IMG/VR virus record: IMGVR_UViG_3300033498_000048
Location: 1 to 64,000 of that record
Length of the DNA stretch: 64,000 bases
Source: a virus
Taxonomy: Duplodnaviria > Caudoviricetes
Reading direction: 5' to 3' (one strand)
The translations under genes were made by a program, and so were the position numbers. The notes beneath the pieces were generated by a model. The model searched no databases. It was not told where the DNA came from and saw nothing but the letters and a program-made list of their open reading frames with translations. This document shows, piece by piece, positions 18,880-27,044 of the stretch (within the stretch, counting starts at the first letter, position 1; every line of letters begins with the position of its first letter).

Positions 18880-19201
18880 TAAAAACAAATTATTCCCAAA
18901 TTCCAATACAGTTAAATTTACCTGTATCAACATCAAACGTAAATGATACAGAAAAACCATTGTAACCAGTAACATTTTCTGGACTATCGTGACATTTTTC
19001 AATAGAAAGCACAACTTTACCTCTATCTGTCACTTCATCAACGTTGAGGTTTAATGAGTTGCTTTGTTTGTTCTAAATCAGTCATTATTAGATTCCTAGT
19101 TTAAATGGATACTATAAACACATTTAAATTGATGTCAATCAACTAAATTCTGTTTGAGTTTTCTTTATTTAACGTGGGACTATTCTATCACCACAATAAT
19201 A

Positions 19202-19444
19202 CTATTTTAACCAATGAATCCCTGGAGCATAATGCTTTTCAATAAATTTAACATCTTTTTTTGTAGCATCGAATCCAAGTAATATTGAATCACCATGAGG
19301 GTTTAATACCTCAGTTAAAAAATCATCAACATCACAATCAGCGTCCAACATAGCAAAATCTTCACGGTCAGTCGGGTATTCTTTCACTTCAAAAACATGG
19401 CAACTAAATGGGTCAGGCATTGGAACGTGCATTAATTTCTTCAT
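19202..19444 (-). CDS. hypothetical protein
   Basis: 80-aa ORF. Confidence 0.6.
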   Translation of the reverse strand: MKKLMHVPMPDPFSCHVFEVKEYPTDREDFAMLDADCDVDDFLTEVLNPHGDSILLGFDATKKDVKFIEKHYAPGIHWLK

Positions 19445-19455
19445 TTTTTATAATC

Positions 19456-19860
19456 CTATATCAAAAATTTGTCATTAATATCATAATGTAATTTAGTTTC
19501 TGGGATAACATCTTTATTATCCAATACCATTTTCTTAATATCATTAAATCTTTTTTCAAGTGATTGTGTTGTTACACCTTTCAATGACTTTGCTCTGATT
19601 TTAGCTATTGAATAAGCACAATATGTTCCAGATTCTGGTCTAATGTACATACTGTGTCCAGATTCTGCATAAAACACACCATCTGTTATAGTGAATCCAT
19701 AATTCAACACATCATTTTCAAAGTACCCATTCGTTACTTCTGTCTTATCTTTTGCCAAATAACCTCTACACATCAACAACTCTGTATTACCACCAACAGA
19801 TATTTTTGACTTAGGAAAAACTTTATTCCAAGTGTTAATAACGTCTTCTTTATTTACCAT
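19456..19860 (-). CDS. hypothetical protein
   Basis: 134-aa ORF. Confidence 0.65.
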   Translation of the reverse strand: MVNKEDVINTWNKVFPKSKISVGGNTELLMCRGYLAKDKTEVTNGYFENDVLNYGFTITDGVFYAESGHSMYIRPESGTYCAYSIAKIRAKSLKGVTTQSLEKRFNDIKKMVLDNKDVIPETKLHYDINDKFLI

Positions 19861-20253
19861 ACTATAATACTCTCAAGGATTGTTATATTGTGGAACACAT
19901 AATACACATTTTATTCCAAAGAGTCAACATAAATTTGTGTATTAAGCTAGAAACGTTCTTTTAATGTCTTTCACAGTTGTTCCATATAGTAACAATTCGT
20001 AAACTGTATTAGTGTCACTATGATTCCAAAGCGTTCCAGAATCAATAGACTTAAGTATTTTGATGATTGTTGTTTTAATCGACTTTCTATTAATAGGCTA
20101 AATGAGTAGTTTGTACCATAATATCCCTATGGATTACCTTTCCAGCCCACATAGTTCGAGTAATTCTTGACGTGGAGTTTTGTGAGATTTGTTTATAATT
20201 CACATTATATTGAGTTTGTTATTAACCAGTTTACTTTTTAAAACATCTATTTG

Positions 20254-20343
20254 TGGATATGGAAGGAATTGAACCTACGATGTTTACCACGAGGGAACGG
20301 ATTTACAGTCCGATGATGCACAACCAACAGCACCCTCATATCC
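20254..20343 (-). tRNA. tRNA-Tyr(GTA)
   Basis: Acceptor GGATATG/CATATCC, A73, loop CTGTAAA, long variable arm, T-loop TTCAATT. Confidence 0.85.
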
Positions 20344-20352
20344 AAATTTATT

Positions 20353-20440
20353 ATTTAATAATTTACCAGAAACAATCCGATTCGGTGTTTATTTCACCAA
20401 AGAAGTAACCGAGTCATTCATCATGGCAAATTATTAAATA
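20353..20440 (-). ncRNA. short Y RNA-like gene (no tRNA module)
   Basis: End stem ATTTAATAATTT..CCA/TGG..AAATTATTAAAT enclosing TGATGA...GGTTACTTC...GATTGTTTC. Confidence 0.6.
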
Positions 20441-20477
20441 TTGTGTGGATGTTATTTCCACACATTTATTATTTAAC

Positions 20478-20551
20478 TGGTGCATCTGGGAGGAATTGAA
20501 CCTACTTCGCTCGATTATCAGTCGAGTGTTAGACCATTTAACTACAGATGC
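20478..20551 (-). tRNA. tRNA-Ile(GAT)
   Basis: Acceptor GCATCTG/CAGATGC, CCA, arm CTCGA-CTGATAA-TCGAG. Confidence 0.9.
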
Positions 20552-20843
20552 AATTGTAATATATCTTTTGAAGTCCATATCAAACAAATTGTTTATCTTT
20601 TAACAACATTAATAGAATTAAAAGATAAATGTTGACTTCACTGTTCACCTAGTAAATTAACGTATTCAAAATTCCCAGATTCAACAGAAGCTAGTACCTT
20701 TAGTATTTCATTTTGTAATTCATCACCACTTATATTTTGATTAGACCCTGGATATACATCTATTAGTGTTAGTCCAACATCATTCAGTTTATCGTTTAAA
20801 TCATTCACATTACACCTATATTCGTAAATTCGTTGAGTCTATT

Positions 20844-21119
20844 CTACCAACTGTAGACTTTTTTGATTTGCACACTTTCTATAACATACCAATATTGCCA
20901 TGTTCCACATTCACCGTTAGGGTCATCGACCCCACATTCATCGTAATCGACAGAGGTTATAACTTCCACATCATACCTCAAGTTATCAACCATCATATCA
21001 AATTTAAAGGTCTTTGTACCTTTAAACCAGTTACATCCAATGTTACACAGTTCGTTTCTGATAAAATACCAGATTGCTTCCTCTACATCAACAGATTTAA
21101 TGGTACGCAATTCAATCAT
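20844..21119 (-). CDS. hypothetical acidic protein
   Basis: ATG at 21119 (MIELRTIK); the longer 21206 call runs into tRNA-His. Confidence 0.6.
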   Translation of the reverse strand: MIELRTIKSVDVEEAIWYFIRNELCNIGCNWFKGTKTFKFDMMVDNLRYDVEVITSVDYDECGVDDPNGECGTWQYWYVIESVQIKKVYSW

Positions 21120-21151
21120 AATAACTCCAATTCTAACCAACACTTCATTAT

Positions 21152-21225
21152 GGGCGATTGATGGGAATTGAACCCACATCTTTGGGGTCACAACCCAACA
21201 CTTCAACCACTAAGCTACAATCGCC
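21152..21225 (-). tRNA. tRNA-His(GTG)
   Basis: G-1:C73, arm TTGGG-TTGTGAC-CCCAA, T-loop TTCAATT. Confidence 0.9.
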
Positions 21226-21330
21226 ATCGTTTTGAACTTTAGCTCAATCTATATGGATTCCATATATCTTAACTATTATAATACATTAATTCACATAACA
21301 TAAAAGATGTTAGATTTGATAATAAAACCA

Positions 21331-21381
21331 TGGACGCGAAAGGACTCTAACCTTAACTTACAATTGATTCAATTTGCGCCC
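21331..21381 (-). pseudogene. tRNA remnant (acceptor plus T-arm; D and anticodon arms deleted)
   Basis: GGGCGCA...AAGG-TTAGAGT-CCTT-TCGCGTCCA, only about 51 nt. Confidence 0.45.
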
Positions 21382-21402
21382 TAGAGTTTTATTATTGATA
21401 AT

Positions 21403-21489
21403 TGGTACGGATGATGGGACTCGAACCCACACGCTCTTTCGAGCAAGGGATTTTAAGTCCCTCGTGTCTACAATTTTCACCACATCCGC
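21403..21489 (-). tRNA. tRNA-Leu(TAA)
   Basis: GCGGATG/CATCCGT, A73, CCA, loop CTTAAAA, long variable arm. Confidence 0.92.
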
Positions 21490-21503
21490 ATTATTTGAAA
21501 AGT

Positions 21504-21578
21504 TGGTCGGAGCTGGGAGAATCGAACTCCCTTAATCTGGTTCCCAAAACCAGCGACTAACCAATAGCCTAAACTCCG
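21504..21578 (-). tRNA. tRNA-Pro(TGG)
   Basis: CGGAGTT/AGCTCCG, CCA, arm CTGGT-TTTGGGA-ACCAG. Confidence 0.9.
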
Positions 21579-21735
21579 TTTATTGTTTTCGTTTCGCACT
21601 TTTGATGGTGGCGAAACACCATTTTAACTTGATAGACTAAAGCAATTTCCCCGTAGCGTGTGGCTGAATCTATTGCTAACAGCTCAACGAATTTCACGTT
21701 GCGATTGATACCTACGCGAGTTTGTCTATCTATTT

Positions 21736-21818
21736 TGGTAGGCGACCTGGGACTCGAACCCAGAATGACATGGAGTCTAAATCCACTAGCTTTGCCAATT
21801 TGCATTAGTCAGTCGCCC
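21736..21818 (-). tRNA. atypical tRNA-Leu(TAG)
   Basis: GGGCGAC/GTCGCCT, A73, CCA; arm GTGGA-TTTAGAC-TCCAT; extended 5' connector and only a 6-nt variable region. Confidence 0.8.
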
Positions 21819-21824
21819 ATATTA

Positions 21825-21937
21825 TTTAAAAATTAACTAGAAACAATCTAAAACAGTATTAGAGGTTGAAATCATTGTTCCAACCTATTTCAATATAATG
21901 GAAGTAACCGTTTCATACACCATAGTTAATTTTTAAA
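21825..21937 (-). ncRNA. Y RNA-like gene (no tRNA module)
   Basis: End stem TTTAAAAATTAACTA/TAGTTAATTTTTAAA; TGGTGTA-TGAAAC-GGTTACTTC ... GTTTTA-GATTGTTTC; internal hairpin AGGTTG/CAACCT. Confidence 0.65.
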
Positions 21938-21940
21938 CCT

Positions 21941-22032
21941 TGGTGGGTAATGTAGGAATCAAACCTACTAGAGTCCTTTCGGAACTGACAGATTTACAGT
22001 CTGTTGCGACCCTTCAACTTCGCCGATTACCC
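21941..22032 (-). tRNA. tRNA-Tyr(GTA), second copy
   Basis: GGGTAAT/ATTACCC, A73, CCA, arm ACAGA-CTGTAAA-TCTGT, long variable arm. Confidence 0.88.
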
Positions 22033-22047
22033 TCTATTTTTACTTTG

Positions 22048-22118
22048 TGGATGCCCTAAGAGTCGAACTTAGAAGGTCAATATTACAGTCAGTCCCCGAT
22101 ACACTTGACTAGACATCC
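22048..22118 (-). pseudogene. degenerate tRNA with broken anticodon arm
   Basis: Acceptor GGATGTC/GGCATCC, D stem AGTC/GACT and T-arm CTAAG-TTCGACT-CTTAG intact; anticodon/variable region about 5 nt short and unpaired. Confidence 0.55.
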
Positions 22119-22447
22119 TTTTATTATTTGAGCCGTTTATTGGACTTTAACCATTGAGGCAATCACTCCTCACACACTTTAGAAACGACTTGGAAATTTA
22201 TCATTAAATGCTACAGCAAAATCATTACCGAACCTAACTAATATTTCATAATATACTTTGATTCGAGTTGACCTATTTAATACAAATTCTGATACTTCAT
22301 TGGTAAACTCGTTATTAACAAAGTATTCAGCAGCTTCTTCAACATCTAACATTTTATGTACCTTAACTTGATTGCTTGATTAAGTGTCACATTTTAAACT
22401 ATTTTAAAACAATGTCAACACTTTTTAAACAATCAAATGTTATTATG

Positions 22448-22519
22448 TAGCGAGTGTGGGAATCAAACCCACGACCTTTGGCTTATGAGACCAAAAAGCT
22501 ATCACTGCTATAACTCGCT
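22448..22519 (-). tRNA. tRNA-Met(CAT), body resembles initiator type
   Basis: AGCGAGT/ACTCGCT, arm TTGGT-CTCATAA-GCCAA; lacks the three G-C pairs typical of initiators. Confidence 0.8.
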
Positions 22520-22720
22520 ACATAATAACACTTTAATACATATTCCCTAATATTCCAGGACGATACAACTCCTTTGAACACTTTACACATCTATAAACAT
22601 GACATTTGTAACTTTCACTCACAATAATACTATTATAGTGAATGTATTTGAATACATGATTACAAAACCAACGCCTAAAAAATAACATTTCATTCACCCA
22701 CAACAACTTTAAATAAACAC

Positions 22721-22860
22721 ACTAGAAACAATCAAATACAGATATTATCGTGCTTTTACCATTAAGCTAAATGTCCACAAATATTGGACATTAAGAGAAT
22801 CGAACCCTCCTAAGTCTGCTAGACAGGCAGCCACACTCCCAGAGTGTGACAGCACCATTA
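22721..22860 (-). ncRNA. chimeric tRNA-Asp(GTC) / Y RNA-like gene
   Basis: 5' part GGTGCTG, D-like arm, CTGC-CTGTCTA-GCAG and T-arm; 3' part closed acceptor AATGTCC/GGACATT, D-arm TAGCTTAATGGTAAAAGC and GATTGTTTCTAG. Confidence 0.6.
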
Positions 22861-22865
22861 TTTAT

Positions 22866-23117
22866 TTAACAATTCAATCGTTTTAATTGGTTTACATCAT
22901 TTATCGTTCTACCAAAAATAACACATTTTTTAGTCATGTACCAATTAGACGCTTTAGTTACTTGACCAACTTTATATTCAATGAAAACATTATCACTTTT
23001 AAATTGAAATGATTGTGGATAATGTTTATTCGCATCATTTTTAAACTTTGGAGCAAAGGTCTCGATTAAAACTAAATACTCAGAAATAGCTTTCTTTTCA
23101 TCACTTGATAACTTCAT
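22866..23117 (-). CDS. hypothetical protein (paralogue of 23427-23639)
   Basis: ATG at 23117 (MKLSSDEK); the longer call overlaps tRNA-Asn. Confidence 0.65.
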   Translation of the reverse strand: MKLSSDEKKAISEYLVLIETFAPKFKNDANKHYPQSFQFKSDNVFIEYKVGQVTKASNWYMTKKCVIFGRTINDVNQLKRLNC

Positions 23118-23150
23118 TTTCAATTCCACTGATATTTCAAATAATATTAG

Positions 23151-23236
23151 CTCTATTGGGAGGACTCGAACCTCCATACGGTTTCCCGAATACAAAGCAT
23201 TAACAGTGCTTCCTCTTGCCATTAGAGTACAATAGA
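23151..23236 (-). tRNA. tRNA-Asn(GTT) with long variable arm
   Basis: TCTATTG/CAATAGA, G73, arm AAGCA-CTGTTAA-TGCTT, variable region TGTATTCGGGAAACCGTAT, T-arm GGAGG-TTCGAGT-CCTCC. Confidence 0.82.
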
Positions 23237-23365
23237 GCTAATATTACTAAATTGACGTAAAACATTCAATAGCTATGTTTATCATTTAAATATGAAGTAA
23301 CTATCATATACACTATAAAGGTTTCACTTATCAAGTTATTTAGTAATTATAAATTACTTGATTTA

Positions 23366-23639
23366 TAATGTCAAGCGTTTTAACTGGTTTACATCATTTG
23401 TTTTCACTCCAAACACCGTTACATCTTTACATCTTTACATCTTTAGTCATGTACCAATTATCTAGTTCTTTATTTCCACGCACAACTTTATAATCAATGT
23501 CAAGATTAGGATTCATAAACTGGAAAACCTGTAAATGGTGTTTAGTTGAATCATTTTTAAACAGATATGTAGCATTTACTTGAATCAAATCCAAATATGT
23601 TTGAATTGCCGATTTTTCAGCCACAGTTAATTGTTTCAT
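23366..23639 (-). pseudogene. paralogue of 22866-23117, frameshifted by an 8-bp tandem repeat
   Basis: (AAAGATGT)x3 at 23421-23444 gives a premature TAA; a single copy restores TKDVTVFGVKTNDVNQLKRL, matching TKKCVIFGRTINDVNQLKRL. Confidence 0.7.
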
Positions 23640-23713
23640 TGTACTACCTCATAATATATGTGTTCAAATCATAATGCACATTATATTTATAAGGTACTAC
23701 CGTGTCAAGTGTT

Positions 23714-24808
23714 TTATTTAAAACTATGTTCAAACACTAATATCTTCTTGTTCAATTCTTCTAACAATTCCAACCGTTTATCTTCTTTAAATGGTTGGAT
23801 GGTTATTAGTTGCTTCAAGTCAACATCAAATGATTTTTCAACAATATCGAGCTTACAAGATGAATGAAATATCGGTAAACAATTATTCCAAACTGCTCCA
23901 ATAAGCCTATCAATAGATATTACATTAGTGTCATATGCTGGAAAAACCATTGTATATCTAGTCCTTGATAACCTTTCGTTGTATTCATTCCAACTCAAAT
24001 ACCGATTATTAACACCAACCCTATCACTCTTAATATAAATTTCTGAATCGGTAAAATTATTTGCGAATCCATATAACTCGTTTTTATATAGTGTATCCCT
24101 ATTATGGGATTTCATATAAGTTGTATATCCACCAATGAAATTTATATTCTTATCAAGATTCGGTTTGATACTATGATTCAATAAATAATATTGATGTGAG
24201 TCCAACCTATTTGTATCATATTGTGGAATACCATATCCATAATATTTGTAATATTCATATTTTGGATAAATAGTTTGAAACAAATCACACGACATTTCAG
24301 TTGTATCAAAATTGTATTCGTGTAATGGAATTTTATATTCATTGTGAGCCTTTAACATCACCAATATATTAAAAATCCTAGATGCAGCACTCATAAACTT
24401 AAGTTGTCCAGAATCAAATGGAAATACATTACACCTGCGACTATTCCTAAAAAAATGTGAAGTGTGTTGAACATAACTTCCAATAATAAACAATTTTGAA
24501 TAATGCTGGAGGCTACTAACATCTATTTTTTCATAAACATCGTACCAAGATGTATATTGATGCGATATATACTGCTCATATAATAAATGTAACGAGAAGT
24601 TTATATCCAACCCCATCTCATTATTAAAGAATGTTATATCACTATTCGTTTTGTTATTTGATAACATATCAACATCAAATCCGATAGATTTTAAGATGGC
24701 AAGATGCCTTCGCCAATTTGCAGCATTAGTGGAAGTCGAAGTCGAAGCTCCAGTATAAAACAATATTTTAGACTTATTTTCTACGCTTGTATTATTCACA
24801 TCAATCAC
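23714..24808 (-). CDS. probable GT-B-fold glycosyltransferase
   Basis: 364 aa; C-terminal YNERLSRTRYTMVFPAYD...IDRLIGAVWNNCLPIF resembles the GT-B donor-binding segment of phage glucosyltransferases. Confidence 0.5.
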   Translation of the reverse strand: MIDVNNTSVENKSKILFYTGASTSTSTNAANWRRHLAILKSIGFDVDMLSNNKTNSDITFFNNEMGLDINFSLHLLYEQYISHQYTSWYDVYEKIDVSSLQHYSKLFIIGSYVQHTSHFFRNSRRCNVFPFDSGQLKFMSAASRIFNILVMLKAHNEYKIPLHEYNFDTTEMSCDLFQTIYPKYEYYKYYGYGIPQYDTNRLDSHQYYLLNHSIKPNLDKNINFIGGYTTYMKSHNRDTLYKNELYGFANNFTDSEIYIKSDRVGVNNRYLSWNEYNERLSRTRYTMVFPAYDTNVISIDRLIGAVWNNCLPIFHSSCKLDIVEKSFDVDLKQLITIQPFKEDKRLELLEELNKKILVFEHSFK

Positions 24809-24828
24809 CTATACGATATATAAAAATG

Positions 24829-24836
24829 TATTTATA
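24829..24836 (-). promoter_or_regulatory. T4-type late promoter TATAAATA
   Basis: Exact consensus on the minus strand, 20 nt upstream of ORF 24808. Confidence 0.55.
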
Positions 24837-24857
24837 CACAGTATAGGTGCTATTTAG

Positions 24858-25913
24858 TTATTGTTTGTGTACACTAAATTTCATAAGGTTTGGAGTAACA
24901 ATATTCACGAATCTATCAACTCCAGGTTCATCTTTTAATTGTGTCCAATCAGTGCCATTCCAGTACTTGAATATTTCAGACTCGTTCCAGTGTTTCAAAT
25001 CACATCTTGAAAATGTTACGTTACACTTATTACAAGCGTATGGAGTATCAGCTCTATTTTTATACCTAAGTCTACGTCTGATGGTTTGCATTTCCTCACC
25101 ATACCAAAACTTTTTAAAACCATCAACACCATCTAAAACATTGCCAAACTTGCCTTTAGTGACTTGTAATCCATCTTGACAGCACAACAAATAAGAACCA
25201 TCGGACGCTACAGTTACATACAAAAACGGTTGGTTACAACGTCTAGTTAATGGTTTTTCTAATGGACGCATATTGAAGTTTTTTTGAGCAGTTCCCCTAT
25301 CCCAATTCATGTTTCCATACCAATTCCCTAATAGTCCAGCTCTAAGTCTTGACTTGGGCCATGTAGATGGTTCGTCCATCAACACAATGATTTTCAAATC
25401 TGGACCATGATATTTCCATGGAGATGGAGCATTTTCAGGTTTATTATAATAACTGTAAAATGGATAACCAGATTCGGTTGCTAATTGCTCATATCTTTCA
25501 TGTGGTCCATATTGGTCAACATATAACACATTAGCACCAGCATCCAACAAATCTTTCATTTTATACTTGCCAGACAATAACTTTGTTCCATTTGTTGTAA
25601 TTTGGATTTGTGTCAATGGAGCAAGTTCTCTAGCAACTGGTAACAAAGTTAATAATTCATCGTTTAATGTCGGTTCACCCACGAACCCACATAAATCAAC
25701 TCTAACTGTTGGGGAAACCTCATTCAATATTTCAAATGTTCTTTTCCACACCAATTCATTCATTTTATTGTTATTAGATTTTGGAATTAAATCAGCACAA
25801 CAATGGTCGCATTTTAAATTACACCCAAATGCTGGTTCAATACTCCACACAATAGGAGAGGTTGAACCCAATGGTTTAATTTTTTTAGGAGTTTTTATTT
25901 TTTTAAATTCCAT
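24858..25913 (-). CDS. radical SAM / SPASM(twitch)-domain protein
   Basis: CNLKCDHC (CxxxCxxC), GEPTL, ITTNG, C-terminal RCNQPF...VASDGSYLLCC...CNKC. Confidence 0.88.
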   Translation of the reverse strand: MEFKKIKTPKKIKPLGSTSPIVWSIEPAFGCNLKCDHCCADLIPKSNNNKMNELVWKRTFEILNEVSPTVRVDLCGFVGEPTLNDELLTLLPVARELAPLTQIQITTNGTKLLSGKYKMKDLLDAGANVLYVDQYGPHERYEQLATESGYPFYSYYNKPENAPSPWKYHGPDLKIIVLMDEPSTWPKSRLRAGLLGNWYGNMNWDRGTAQKNFNMRPLEKPLTRRCNQPFLYVTVASDGSYLLCCQDGLQVTKGKFGNVLDGVDGFKKFWYGEEMQTIRRRLRYKNRADTPYACNKCNVTFSRCDLKHWNESEIFKYWNGTDWTQLKDEPGVDRFVNIVTPNLMKFSVHKQ

Positions 25914-25929
25914 TACAGTTCCCTAGTTT

Positions 25930-26110
25930 AATTACAAAATGAAGTTTGATTACAATAGAAACAATCATATGTGGTATGATTTGGCTATTGCTCTACCAAC
26001 TGAGCTACATTAACATAATTTGTTAATGGTGAGATTTGAACTCACGACAAATAGGTTTAAGATGTAACCACACATTTCACCATATTATAATCCAACTTCA
26101 TTTTGTAATT
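25930..26110 (-). ncRNA. yrlA: YrlA-type Y RNA (permuted tRNA mimic)
   Basis: Long end stem; TGGTGAA-ATGTGTGGT-TACATCT; T-arm GTGAG-TTCAAAT-CTCAC; loop-closed acceptor CATTAAC/GTTAATG; D-arm TAGCTCAGTTGGTAGAGC; ACCACATAT-GATTGTTTCTA. Confidence 0.8.
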
Positions 26111-26124
26111 AAACGGTTAATTAT

Positions 26125-26197
26125 TCCCCCTAGACAGAATCGAACTGTCATTCCCCGATTATGAGTCGGACACTTTTAACCAATAAGTTATAGGGGG
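26125..26197 (-). tRNA. tRNA(CAT), Ile2-like or elongator Met
   Basis: CCCCCTA/TAGGGGG, A73, arm TCCGA-CTCATAA-TCGGG. Confidence 0.85.
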
Positions 26198-26205
26198 TTA
26201 ATCTT

Positions 26206-26277
26206 TGGAGCGGATATGGGAACTCGAATCCCAGCAAATGGGTTGGAAGCCCATTGTCACACCTCGTGATTACCCGC
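26206..26277 (-). tRNA. tRNA-Gly(TCC)
   Basis: GCGGGTA/TATCCGC, U73, CCA, arm ATGGG-CTTCCAA-CCCAT. Confidence 0.88.
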
Positions 26278-26301
26278 AATATATTTATTTAATGTAATTT
26301 G

Positions 26302-26374
26302 TAAGCATGGCTCGATTTGAACGAACATTCCATGAGTCAAATTCATGTGTACTAACCAATTATACTACACGCCT
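26302..26374 (-). tRNA. tRNA-Gln(TTG)
   Basis: AGGCGTG/CATGCTT, arm CATGA-ATTTGAC-TCATG, T-loop TTCAAAT. Confidence 0.8.
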
Positions 26375-26389
26375 ACAAATTACACTAAA

Positions 26390-26489
26390 GTGATTTTACG
26401 GGGCTATGCTTTATCATAGAACCAACCCATGCTTTTAACATATGCAAAGCTCTAACCTTATAGGGAAAACATAAGCCCCGTAAAATCAC
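26390..26489. ncRNA. unknown RNA or hairpin closed by a 16-bp perfect stem
   Basis: GTGATTTTACGGGGCT/AGCCCCGTAAAATCAC around a 68-nt interior. Confidence 0.45.
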
Positions 26490-26646
26490 TCAATTAATTT
26501 TAATAATTCATATTGTTTCAATAGTCTTTTTTAACGTTATATTGACATCCACAACTCCATTCTTTTCCCTCGCATTTTAATTTGTGATAACGGTAAATGG
26601 CTTCCTCCACTTTTCATATTACACTAAACTCCGAAATGGTACACGT

Positions 26647-26844
26647 TTATGGATTCAAATAATATTGAACATCAGCATCCCACATCCAACTATTATCATC
26701 TAACCTCCACCCACCATACTCTTTTGTGAACAATTTAATGTTACCAGTTAGATTTTGAATTAGATATTGATTTCCAATTATTGGAACAACATCAATCACA
26801 CTAATCCACCCTAGTTTCTTTAACTTATTGTTAGACAATCTCAT
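26647..26844 (-). CDS. hypothetical protein
   Basis: 65-aa ORF. Confidence 0.55.
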   Translation of the reverse strand: MRLSNNKLKKLGWISVIDVVPIIGNQYLIQNLTGNIKLFTKEYGGWRLDDNSWMWDADVQYYLNP

Positions 26845-26873
26845 AATTAATTATTCCCATAACAAAACAAATT

Positions 26874-26966
26874 TGGCGGAAGAGGTGGGACTCGAACCCA
26901 CAAACCAACCTTCATTGGTCAAACAGTTTTCAAGACTGCGCAGTTCACCTATACTGTAGCTCTTCC
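26874..26966 (-). tRNA. tRNA-Ser(TGA)
   Basis: GGAAGAG/CTCTTCC, G73, CCA, loop CTTGAAA, long variable arm. Confidence 0.92.
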
Positions 26967-26968
26967 AT

Positions 26969-27044
26969 TGGTGGATGGTATTGAAATCGAATCAATTTCC
27001 CTGGATTTTCAGTCCAGTGCTATTACCAAACTAGCTCACCATCC
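26969..27044 (-). tRNA. tRNA-Phe(GAA)
   Basis: GGATGGT/ACCATCC, CCA, arm CTGGA-CTGAAAA-TCCAG. Confidence 0.9.

Noticed and set aside
18890-19085. Possible frameshifted small gene (MTDLEQTKQLI / LNLNVDEVTDRG...)
   Set aside because: No homologue recognised, so a pseudogene call cannot be supported.
21569-21805. Minus-strand 78-aa ORF
   Set aside because: Starts inside tRNA-Leu(TAG) and ends in tRNA-Pro; a translation of RNA genes.
25930-26110. Circularly permuted functional tRNA genes (as in some algae and archaea) as the explanation for the T-acceptor-D order
   Set aside because: No anticodon arm is present and the module is embedded in the shared Y-like stem near a Ro60 gene, which fits YrlA better.
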